Shown: one piece after another, positions 27,090 through 37,296 of the stretch
Numbering within the stretch: position 1 is the stretch's first letter
How the letters are laid out: each line of letters starts with the position of its first letter
Assembly (NCBI GenBank): GCA_964499575.1
Contig: CAZCLK010000001.1
Span: 18,330 to 82,329 of the forward strand
Length of the DNA: 64,000 nucleotides
Source: an uncultured Oscillospiraceae bacterium
GTDB lineage: Bacteria > Bacillota > Clostridia > Saccharofermentanales > Saccharofermentanaceae
Direction of reading: 5' to 3'
The notes under the pieces: generated by a model
What the model saw: the letters and a program-made list of their open reading frames with translations, nothing else
Told to the model about the DNA's origin: nothing
Databases searched by the model: none
Made by a program: the position numbers and the translations under genes

Positions 27090-28178
27090 CTATTCCTTCA
27101 CGCCGGCTCCCGCAAGGGACGACACCAGCACCTTCTGTGTGAATACGAAAAACGCCACGAAGGGTATCGCGACGATCAGCGCGCCCGCGCAGAACAAGGT
27201 GAATTCGTTCTTTCTGTCAGTGACGAAACTGAATAGTCCAAGCGCGAGCGTCTGGTTCTCATTGGACCTTAAGATCAGCTTGGCGAAAATGAATTCCATC
27301 CACGGCCCGGTGAAGCTGACGATCGACAGAAATGTGATGATCGGCTTCGCCTGAGGCAGTATGATACTGAAAAATGTGCGCGCACTGCTCGCGCCGTCGA
27401 TTCGGGCGGCTTCGTCATAAGCTCTTGGAATCGAGTCCATGTAACTCTTAACAAGCCAGGTATTATACGGAATGTTTCCGGCAAGATAAATAAGAACCAT
27501 GCCCCAAAGCGAATCCAGTCCATTGATACGAAGAAGTATGACATAGATTGCGATCATGCCGATAAAGGAAGGAAAAATTTGAAGGATCAGGAGCGCGAGC
27601 ATCATCGTTTTTTTGAATACAAAGCGAAAGCGTGAAAACACATACGCAGCCAGAGAGCATACCAGAACCGTGCTGATTGAGGTGCCCGCGGCAATGAGGA
27701 TCGTGTTTTTGAACCACATCAGATAATTCGTTTCGGAAAAGAGACGCACAAAATGTTTGGTGGTGAAACCGCCCCCGAACGGGATGATGCTCGTCGCCGA
27801 AATCGATCGTCCCGGCGAAAAGGCCGCGCTGACGGCGTATACCAACGGGTACAATACAAGAAGGCTGATCAGGCTGAGGAAAATTACGATGAACGTCTTG
27901 TAGATCCGCGTACGCGCGCGTTGAAGAGTATTGTAATACGTGAGTGTCTTCTTCGGTTCAATCATGCCGTCGGAGCTGTATTCCGAAGTGTCCGCAGTCG
28001 CCGATTCGGGCGGGGCGGTCTTCCGTTGAGCGGCTCTGGCTCTCTCCTCGGCCATTTTTGTCGCCCGTTCCACGCGCTCGGCTCTCTCTTCGGAGCGTTT
28101 CGCTTTCTCTGCGTCCGAAATTTCAATTTCCGGGATCTTATCCGGTACTTCCGGATTTTTATCCGAGTTTTCCATCAT
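27090..28178 (-). CDS. ABC sugar transporter permease (MalG/GanQ-like) with a charged N-terminal extension
   Basis: EAA loop DEAARIDGASSARTFFSIILPQAKP and six TM. There are about 90 aa of Lys/Glu/Arg-rich sequence before the first TM. Confidence 0.88.
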   Translation of the reverse strand: MMENSDKNPEVPDKIPEIEISDAEKAKRSEERAERVERATKMAEERARAAQRKTAPPESATADTSEYSSDGMIEPKKTLTYYNTLQRARTRIYKTFIVIFLSLISLLVLYPLVYAVSAAFSPGRSISATSIIPFGGGFTTKHFVRLFSETNYLMWFKNTILIAAGTSISTVLVCSLAAYVFSRFRFVFKKTMMLALLILQIFPSFIGMIAIYVILLRINGLDSLWGMVLIYLAGNIPYNTWLVKSYMDSIPRAYDEAARIDGASSARTFFSIILPQAKPIITFLSIVSFTGPWMEFIFAKLILRSNENQTLALGLFSFVTDRKNEFTLFCAGALIVAIPFVAFFVFTQKVLVSSLAGAGVKE

Positions 28179-29500
28179 AATTCTCCTTCCTTATAAGATT
28201 TGGTCCGTCTGAAGTTAAAGATCGCAAACGGTGCCAGCACGATAAATATGCACACCGCCAGTACGGCCGCATAATTATATTTCTGCAAATTGAGTGTCAA
28301 GTTGTAGATCCAGGTGACGACGATGTCCGTTCCCTTCGCGCTGGTGGTGGTAGAATCGGCAACAACCGGATTGCCTCCGGTCAAAAAGAATATCGCGCCG
28401 AAGTTGTTGATATTATGCGTAAAAGACATGATGATCAACGGCATCGTCTGATAGATGACCGACGGCAGAGTGATCGACTTGAACACTTGAAAACGGCTCG
28501 CGCCGTCAATCCTTGCCGCTTCGAAGGTCTCCTTCGAAATTGCCGTCATTGAGCCCATCGTCAGAAGCATAAAGTACGGAAATCCGGCCCATAGATTGAT
28601 GAGCACGCAGGTAAATTTTGCCAGAGTGGGATCGCTGAGCCAAGGTATGGTGGTCTCCTGCGTCATGAGCCCCAACTCGATCAGCGTTCGGTTGATCGTA
28701 CCGAAACTTCCGTTTAGTAGGTTCTGCCACACCAGCATCGAGACGACCGCAGGGACCGCGTAGGGGAGTATAAAAAGGGTTCTAAAGATCGGCGATATCT
28801 TCAATTTGGTCTCATGCATGATGACCGCCATAAGCATGCCGCCCGCATAACAGGTAACCGTCGCGGCGGTCGCCCACACGAGGGTCCACGCGGCGACCCT
28901 TCCCAGCGCGCCGGTCCACGTGATATTACCTCCGAACATTGTCTTGAAGTTATCGAGGCCGACCCAGTCCACCGTATTATTGGGCGGAATATGATCCGGC
29001 GATGAGTAGTTCGTAAAGGCTACGGACGCGGAGAAAACCAGCGGAACCACAACAAAGAACAGTATCAACACAACAAGCGGCGAAAGCGCCGCAACGGGAA
29101 AGGCTTTCGTCGTCATTTCCGAAAAGATTTTCTTATGAGAAGGAAGCTGACCGAGAGCACAATAATCCTTGTACGTTGAAAGAGCGCTTCGCACGGAAAT
29201 CGCGTAAAGGGAGACAAATATAAACAGTACGGCAAGAACGATGATTCCGTCGATCAGCATGAACATCGAGTGATCCTTTTCGAAAATCGTTACGCCGGGC
29301 TTCGGTTCGCCCAGTGTGATCACTCCGCCGAGAATGCGGAAGATAAACGGAGAAAGCGCCAGAACGGCGACTTCGACAGCAGCAAAAATCGCTCCCTTTA
29401 TGTATTGCTTCAGCATGGTCAAATGCGCAAGTCCCATGAGCAAAAGCGACAGCAAAAGGATCTTTTTTCGAGAGGAACCGTCACGAGCCAGAGTAACCAT
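28175..29500 (-). CDS. ABC sugar transporter permease (MalF/GanP-like)
   Basis: 441 aa, EAA loop EAARIDGASRFQVFKSITLPSV. Overlaps the next permease gene by 4 nt. GAGGAGGGGAGGG upstream. Confidence 0.88.
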   Translation of the reverse strand: MVTLARDGSSRKKILLLSLLLMGLAHLTMLKQYIKGAIFAAVEVAVLALSPFIFRILGGVITLGEPKPGVTIFEKDHSMFMLIDGIIVLAVLFIFVSLYAISVRSALSTYKDYCALGQLPSHKKIFSEMTTKAFPVAALSPLVVLILFFVVVPLVFSASVAFTNYSSPDHIPPNNTVDWVGLDNFKTMFGGNITWTGALGRVAAWTLVWATAATVTCYAGGMLMAVIMHETKLKISPIFRTLFILPYAVPAVVSMLVWQNLLNGSFGTINRTLIELGLMTQETTIPWLSDPTLAKFTCVLINLWAGFPYFMLLTMGSMTAISKETFEAARIDGASRFQVFKSITLPSVIYQTMPLIIMSFTHNINNFGAIFFLTGGNPVVADSTTTSAKGTDIVVTWIYNLTLNLQKYNYAAVLAVCIFIVLAPFAIFNFRRTKSYKEGEL

Positions 29501-29566
29501 TTCAGGGTATCCCTCCCCTCCTCAAACGAGAAGACTTCGAGCATATAAGAAAATTCCAAAGTGCTG

Positions 29567-29594
29567 GGGATGCATGGGGCAAACCATGCATCCC
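29567..29594 (-). promoter_or_regulatory. Intercistronic stem-loop (11-bp perfect stem) after the binding-protein gene
   Basis: GGGATGCATGG-N6-CCATGCATCCC, about 25 nt downstream of the binding-protein stop and upstream of the permease RBS. No U-tract. Confidence 0.55.
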
Positions 29595-29618
29595 TTTGCA
29601 CCAAGGAGGGAAGTGATC

Positions 29619-30818
29619 TTATGCGACGAACGATACGATCGCGGTATCCAGAGCTTTCAGCTCCGTCTCGACATCGGCGCCGTCCCAGATGTTGCTGCTC
29701 GCGCTGCCCGCTGCATCCCAGAACGCACTCATTTGAGGCACCGAGGGCATCGGGAAAGCATAATTCAATTGATCGATGAATCCCTTGGCGTACTCGCTCT
29801 CGACCTTGACGTCGATCGAAGGAAGCGCGCCGGTGATCTCATTTCTAAGAAGTTGCATTTCCTCCGAAATCAGGAACTCGGCAAACATATTCGCTTCCTT
29901 TGCGTGCTTGGTATAGGCGGAAACGAACATGCCGCGCGTTCCGGAGAAGGAAGCGGACGGGGTCGACTCGCCGCTCAAAGCGGGCAGAGTCGTGATGCCG
30001 TAATTGAGGCCGGCATCCTTAAAGTTGCTGACATTCCAAGGTCCCGAAATGTGCATCGCAGCGGTCCCGGCGGCAAATGCGCCGTCCGCGGTACCCGTTC
30101 CGAGATCGGCCGCCGGCAGATTGATGACTTCCTTAATCTTCTGGAATTCTTTCATTCCTTCAACCGCATTCGGCGTCGCCAGGAACGACGAGGAAACATC
30201 CGTTCCGCTCGGCCCGAACAGGCGGTTGCCGCCCTTCGTGGTAAAGAGGATCGTGTAATACATCGACGTTACATCCATAACAAAGCCGTATTTTCCGGGA
30301 TTCGCGTCGTTGAACGTCTTGCACCAATCCACAAGATCCGCCCAAGTCTTCGGCACCTGATCCTCGGAGATCAAATCCTTGTTGTAATACAAGGCGTAGG
30401 TCTCGGCCGATGTCGGATATCCGTACATCTTGCCGTTATAGGTCAAAGCCGCGGAGCAAGCGGGAAGCACAGCCGTCTTCACCTTATCTGCGTTGGCGGT
30501 CTCCAGAATATGCCCGCCGGACACGAGCTCGCCGAGCTTATCGTGCGGAGCGGCAAACAGGTCCGGTCCGACCCCGCCGGGGCCGTCCAGGGCAATCTGC
30601 GATGATGAATCGCCCAACTCAACGTTTACGAACTTGATCGTAATGTTCGGATTTTTGGCCGTGAAGGCCGCTCCGGCCTGTTCGATCCATTGGTCCGGTC
30701 CGTCAACGGACTCCCAAACGACCAATTCAACCTTCTCCTGCTCTTTTTCGCAGGCGGCGGCGAAAACGGTCGCGAGCAACACCATGGCCATCAACAAAGC
30801 AAACACTCTCTTTTTCAT
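29619..30818 (-). CDS. Sugar ABC transporter substrate-binding lipoprotein (CycB/GanS-like)
   Basis: I prefer the start MKKRVFALLMAMVLLATVFAAAC because it gives a signal peptide with a lipobox. It is a MalE-like family-1 binding protein of about 400 aa. Confidence 0.85.
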   Translation of the reverse strand: MKKRVFALLMAMVLLATVFAAACEKEQEKVELVVWESVDGPDQWIEQAGAAFTAKNPNITIKFVNVELGDSSSQIALDGPGGVGPDLFAAPHDKLGELVSGGHILETANADKVKTAVLPACSAALTYNGKMYGYPTSAETYALYYNKDLISEDQVPKTWADLVDWCKTFNDANPGKYGFVMDVTSMYYTILFTTKGGNRLFGPSGTDVSSSFLATPNAVEGMKEFQKIKEVINLPAADLGTGTADGAFAAGTAAMHISGPWNVSNFKDAGLNYGITTLPALSGESTPSASFSGTRGMFVSAYTKHAKEANMFAEFLISEEMQLLRNEITGALPSIDVKVESEYAKGFIDQLNYAFPMPSVPQMSAFWDAAGSASSNIWDGADVETELKALDTAIVSFVA

Positions 30819-30899
30819 AATCTGCACCTTTCTTTCTCTTGTCGAAACCGTTCCGATCGCGGCTCTATACCGCAATCCGGCCGGTCCCGACGGATCCGA

Positions 30900-31913
30900 T
30901 TACTGAGTCGATCTTTTGAGCGCGATCTGATAATTCAGTATCGTTCTCTTCTTAATTTCCTTACCGGAAATCATGTCGATCAAGCTTTGTCCCGCTACCA
31001 CCCCCAATTCTTTCACATCGATTTCCAGTGCCGTAATCGGCGGATTGTTATATTTCAGATGCGCGCTGTCATAAAACGACGCGATCCGAATGCCGTCCGG
31101 AATGGAAAGTCCCATGTTGTTCAACTTTGACAATACTTGACTGCATATGATGTCGTCTCCGCATAAAATGCAGTCGGCGCCTTCTCGAATTGCTGCCTCC
31201 ACGCTCTTATCGATTGCCGTCTTACTGCCGATGTTCTGAAAAACGATTCTTCTGTCCGGACCTTCCGGACTTGCTTCGGCCGCCCTGATAAAACCGCGAT
31301 AACGGCTGACATTCACCGCATGCTCGTCGCTTCCGATAATCAAGGCCGTTTTCCGGTTGCCCATCGAAATAAGAAGCGAGGTTAGTTTCTCGCATGCGGT
31401 CTCGTGATCCGTGTCGATCTGAACCAGCGCTTCGTCGTTACTCGAACCGACGACCAGAAACGGGACGCCGGTCTTCTTGAGGTACGTTGCCGCCAGATCA
31501 TGAACGAGAAGTCGGGTTAAAATGATGCCGTCGACTTTTCTGTTATGAACCAGCCGCTTCAAGGCCGAGATATCCTTTTCGACCACCACCGTTACGATGA
31601 CATCGTAATCGTTCGCCGCGGCGGCCTCGCAAGCGCCCAGGAGGAATACCTGAAAAAACGGTTTCTCCGCCAGATCCGAATCCGCCGGAAGGATTACGCC
31701 GAGATTATAGGTCTTGGACTGTGCCAAGCTTCTGGCAATAAGGTTCGGTGCGTAATCCATATCCTTGACGTACTGATGGACGCGCGCGCTGGTCTCGGCT
31801 CCGATTCTGCCCTTTCCGGACAGCGCTCTGGATACCGTGGATTTGGACAACCCCAATTCCCGGGCGATGTCGTCCAGCGAGATCTTTTTTCGCGTCAAGA
31901 TCTTCTCTTTCAT
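30900..31913 (-). CDS. LacI family transcriptional regulator
   Basis: N-terminal HTH ISLDDIARELGLSKSTVSRALSG plus a periplasmic-binding-protein-like sugar-binding core. 337 aa. Confidence 0.9.
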   Translation of the reverse strand: MKEKILTRKKISLDDIARELGLSKSTVSRALSGKGRIGAETSARVHQYVKDMDYAPNLIARSLAQSKTYNLGVILPADSDLAEKPFFQVFLLGACEAAAANDYDVIVTVVVEKDISALKRLVHNRKVDGIILTRLLVHDLAATYLKKTGVPFLVVGSSNDEALVQIDTDHETACEKLTSLLISMGNRKTALIIGSDEHAVNVSRYRGFIRAAEASPEGPDRRIVFQNIGSKTAIDKSVEAAIREGADCILCGDDIICSQVLSKLNNMGLSIPDGIRIASFYDSAHLKYNNPPITALEIDVKELGVVAGQSLIDMISGKEIKKRTILNYQIALKRSTQ

Positions 31914-31931
31914 CGGTACGCCTCTTATGAA

Positions 31932-33917
<1,986 letters not shown>

Positions 33918-34296
33918 TCACCTTTTATAAAAAACGAGTGCAAAAGCGGCGGATCGATTGGCATGGGCGAACGGTTTCCGGGCTCATAATATTCGTTTGA
34001 CTGTCAAATATTTATGACGGTAGCGCAACCGCTTGCTCACAAACTCATACTACACCGATTCATTTTTTATGTCAATAAGCACAAATCAATTTGCCGCAAC
34101 GGTGCAATATTCGCCGTTAATCATAATATTCCGGCTTCTGTTGCACTTTGTTGCGCTAATGTGATAAATAGATACTGTCGACAGAAATATCGCATGAAAA
34201 GAATTTATTGCGCAACTCAACCGCCGCCATGCCGGTTAACATCCGTAGCGTTAAACACCATGGCGGAAATAACACGGACAGGCAGATTTCCGCGAA

Positions 34297-34725
34297 CTAT
34301 TTTTCGAAAATTAATACGGCTCCGTCTTGATTCGGTCTCCGGATCAATTCCTGCGACAGGATCTCCTGGATCACCATTTCGCCCAGATACAGAATGCGGC
34401 AACCGTCCAGAATATGACCCGCCCATGTTTGGGCAGCGTTGCTGATTACGCCGTGAATATGCGGCTCTCCGTTTATGATCGTACCGTCCAGGCTGACGAG
34501 TTCCAGCGGTTCCTCCAAATGCTCGACGTGATAGCCGATCGGAAAACCCTTTGTAGTCGTCATTTGAAAGTTCGCTTCGTCGAAGGTGGCGATCCCCGAG
34601 AGGACGACGCCGTTCCTGATGTTTTCTTTTCGGGATATATCCGCGATGGTCTCACGCAGAAGATCCCCCTTCTCCAGACTGACGATGATCGTTTTTCCGA
34701 CTTGATCCGCCGAAAAGTATCGCAT
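34297..34725 (-). CDS. PPC (DUF296) domain protein
   Basis: About 142 aa from MRYFSADQ. The block GTIINGEPHIHGVISN matches the conserved PPC/DUF296 core as I recall it. Confidence 0.6.
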   Translation of the reverse strand: MRYFSADQVGKTIIVSLEKGDLLRETIADISRKENIRNGVVLSGIATFDEANFQMTTTKGFPIGYHVEHLEEPLELVSLDGTIINGEPHIHGVISNAAQTWAGHILDGCRILYLGEMVIQEILSQELIRRPNQDGAVLIFEK

Positions 34726-34788
34726 ATCGATTTTCCTCCCTGATAGAGAATGCCGCACGGTTTAGCGGCGCCTTCGCCGACGTAACTT

Positions 34789-35799
34789 TTATGAACTCGC
34801 GCTTGCCGCCGATGCCGCCCCGGCCGCGGAAGCGGCAGAGGCCGCCGCCATCATGATCAGTATCGCTATATACTGATTGATGAGCATCGCCGTAACTCCT
34901 GTAGTTACAGAAACGATCACCGCACCGCCGTCGTCACGGGACGCAAAATCAATCGCGACCAAAGACGAGGCAATTAAAAGAAGCTCGAATTTATAGATCG
35001 ACCAGGCACTGAAGCCCTTGAGTTTGCGCATATGGCGGAAAGTATCGACCACTTCATCGGCAAGCGTGTCCGTATCTGCACCGAGCAAGGCCAGAAGGCC
35101 GATTAACGGATAATTGTAATCGCGGTCGAGCCTCAGTTTTCTGCTTCTGAAGGCTTCGCGCAGAGCGAGCGCGCGCTCCGTCCCGCCCTCACCTGCCCGC
35201 CCCATCAGAAGAGCCTGGGCGATACTCTGTGCTCCTCTTCCGGAAGATATCTTTGTCTTCAGCTCTTTATGCATCGTATCCAGGCCGGAAAGGCCGGACT
35301 GCGGATCAATCCCCGTCAAAGCAAGGAGGGTTGCCGCGATATAATCACGTTCGGATGTTACGAAAAAGTGCCGGGAACGCATCCCCTGATAATATTCACG
35401 CGCTCTTGCCACAACCGGCGCGAAGTTGGCTTCGTCCGTCCCGACTGCGATCCGGCAGGCCGCAATAACCATGTATGACGACCGGTGGAAACGCTCGCCC
35501 TTCATCATATTGTAAACGGCAAGCGTTTTATCGATTGCTCTTTGCCGGTCGTTCTCAAGCGATATCATCGCCGCGACAGCCATGAGCATGTCTCCGCGAA
35601 AATATGAAAAAGGCGAAGTGATTCCCTTGATCATTTTCATAGTATCCGAAACGGCCTCGTACGAAAGCGACTGCCCCTGAAGCGTATAGACGATCGCAGC
35701 AAGCCGCTTCAGAAGAGCCGACCTCCAAAAAAATCGACCTTTAATGTTCTGATAATTTTCGAAAAAGAGTTGTATTTTTCTCTGTACGCCGTCCCGCAT
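34789..35799 (-). CDS. Hypothetical protein (DUF4003-like by recollection) with a C-terminal TM helix and Ala/Ser-repeat tail
   Basis: The ATG at 35799 has GGGAGAG upstream. The protein is helical and ends ...MLINQYIAILIMMAAASAASAAGAASAASASS. The family assignment is from memory only. Confidence 0.5.
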   Translation of the reverse strand: MRDGVQRKIQLFFENYQNIKGRFFWRSALLKRLAAIVYTLQGQSLSYEAVSDTMKMIKGITSPFSYFRGDMLMAVAAMISLENDRQRAIDKTLAVYNMMKGERFHRSSYMVIAACRIAVGTDEANFAPVVARAREYYQGMRSRHFFVTSERDYIAATLLALTGIDPQSGLSGLDTMHKELKTKISSGRGAQSIAQALLMGRAGEGGTERALALREAFRSRKLRLDRDYNYPLIGLLALLGADTDTLADEVVDTFRHMRKLKGFSAWSIYKFELLLIASSLVAIDFASRDDGGAVIVSVTTGVTAMLINQYIAILIMMAAASAASAAGAASAASASS

Positions 35800-36014
35800 G
35801 TTCTTCTCTCCCAAAACTATGATGGTTCCAAAAATTTGTTAATCATATTAATGATACCCCACCTTTTCAAAATCGTACATTATTCCGCAAAATGGAAAAG
35901 AACAAATTTACATCTTATCTATGGGATAAAACAGTAATAATGGCTAAAATAAAAGCAGATATTCGGATGTACGGGCCTTTGTTCCGAGGGCCGTACTCAA
36001 AGGAGGCGGAGGCC

Positions 36015-37271
36015 ATGACGATCGAAGTTTTCAAGTGCCCTCAGTGCAACGGAAATCTGGAAGAAGTCAACAAATCCGGCTTCTATACCTGCCCGTATTG
36101 CGGAGCCCGGATGCAAATAAACGTCTATGAACCGGATCCGAACACACGGCCGGACGGCCGGCGAACGATCTATGATCCGAACACGGGCGCCGAACTTTGT
36201 TATATTAAGCTACCGCGCGGATGGCTCGCGGAGGGGTCGATCGAGAATCGACTTCAGAGCGCAAACTGGCCTTTTTGCCTGCGCGTCCGCGCAAACGCGC
36301 CGGACCGCACCGCACTGATCCGCTACCAATCCGGGGCATCTTTCAAAGAGGTCGTGAATAGCTCGGTGGAGCGCCATATCGAAGGCGGTTTTGATCAGGC
36401 GGAAATGATGCCGATGATGCGTCTCCGGAATCCGGCGGAGTACGCCGACGCATTCATGGCGATCGACGTTCCGTCGGGGACGGCGCTTCAACCGGTTGAT
36501 ACGAGGCCGCTTCCGAAGCTTCCGCCCGAGGACGAAGAAGCGAAACGCCGGCAGGTCTTCGAGGAAACGGCATCCGTCCTTCGCGCCAAGACCCCTCCCG
36601 GAATGCGTTCGGGCGTGGATCAGTCTTTCTATAACGGGATCACGCGCGTTTATTCTTTTCTCGAAAACGGGATCGAGATGCGCCAGGCCGTCGCCACGAT
36701 CATCAGCGGAGTTAAGATATCTTTCGGAGCGCCGATGATGTTTTTCGGGGGCATGAGTACCTCCGTGTTCTGGGATGCGCTCTATGTACTGACATTAAGG
36801 GCGCCCGCCGAATTTTTCGAGATTAATTACGAAAACCTCGTGATGTTCTGTTCCTCCATGCAATCCGCGCCGGCCGTCGCGACCCGGATGATCGAAGAGC
36901 GTAACCGGATCCTCGGCTATCTGGAAAGCCGTCAGCGCAGTGAGTTTGAGGCCCAGCAGCGAAGACATCAGGAACAGGAGGCCTCCTACGCCGCCTACAA
37001 CAAAGCGCAATTCGAACGTTCGGACCGCGATTTCAGAGCGCGCCGCGCGAGCTCTGTCGCGCAACAATCGTCCGAAGACCGCATGTCCGACCAAATGAGT
37101 GAAGCCATCCGCGGCGTCGATACCTATATTCGACCGGATGGAACCGAAGTCGAGTACTCGGTCATCAACGAAGCGGCTTTCGCGAACGTAAATGACAGCA
37201 GGGATACTTTCGCGACACAGAGTAAAGCCTTTGAGTCCGCCGACTGGGTGGAGATGAAGAAGAAGTACTGA
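36015..37271 (+). CDS. Zinc-ribbon protein of unknown function
   Basis: AAGGAGG lies 8 nt upstream of the ATG at 36015. N-terminus MTIEVFKCPQCNGNLEEVNKSGFYTCPYCGARM (CxxC-N16-CxxC), an unknown central domain, and a charged coiled C-terminus. Confidence 0.6.
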   Translation: MTIEVFKCPQCNGNLEEVNKSGFYTCPYCGARMQINVYEPDPNTRPDGRRTIYDPNTGAELCYIKLPRGWLAEGSIENRLQSANWPFCLRVRANAPDRTALIRYQSGASFKEVVNSSVERHIEGGFDQAEMMPMMRLRNPAEYADAFMAIDVPSGTALQPVDTRPLPKLPPEDEEAKRRQVFEETASVLRAKTPPGMRSGVDQSFYNGITRVYSFLENGIEMRQAVATIISGVKISFGAPMMFFGGMSTSVFWDALYVLTLRAPAEFFEINYENLVMFCSSMQSAPAVATRMIEERNRILGYLESRQRSEFEAQQRRHQEQEASYAAYNKAQFERSDRDFRARRASSVAQQSSEDRMSDQMSEAIRGVDTYIRPDGTEVEYSVINEAAFANVNDSRDTFATQSKAFESADWVEMKKKY

Positions 37272-37296
37272 CTCACCCCGGAAAGCGAGGCAACGG

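Noticed and set aside
34224-34266. Hairpin CCGCCATG...CATGGCGG with an inner GTTAAC/GTTAA pairing downstream of the PPC gene
   Set aside because: It could be a terminator for the PPC gene, but there is no U-tract and the loop is long. I do not consider it strong enough to annotate as a feature.
34014-34445. 143-aa plus-strand ORF in the galactanase upstream region
   Set aside because: It has no RBS, runs into the PPC gene on the opposite strand, and the composition is not protein-like. I treat the region as promoter/operator DNA.
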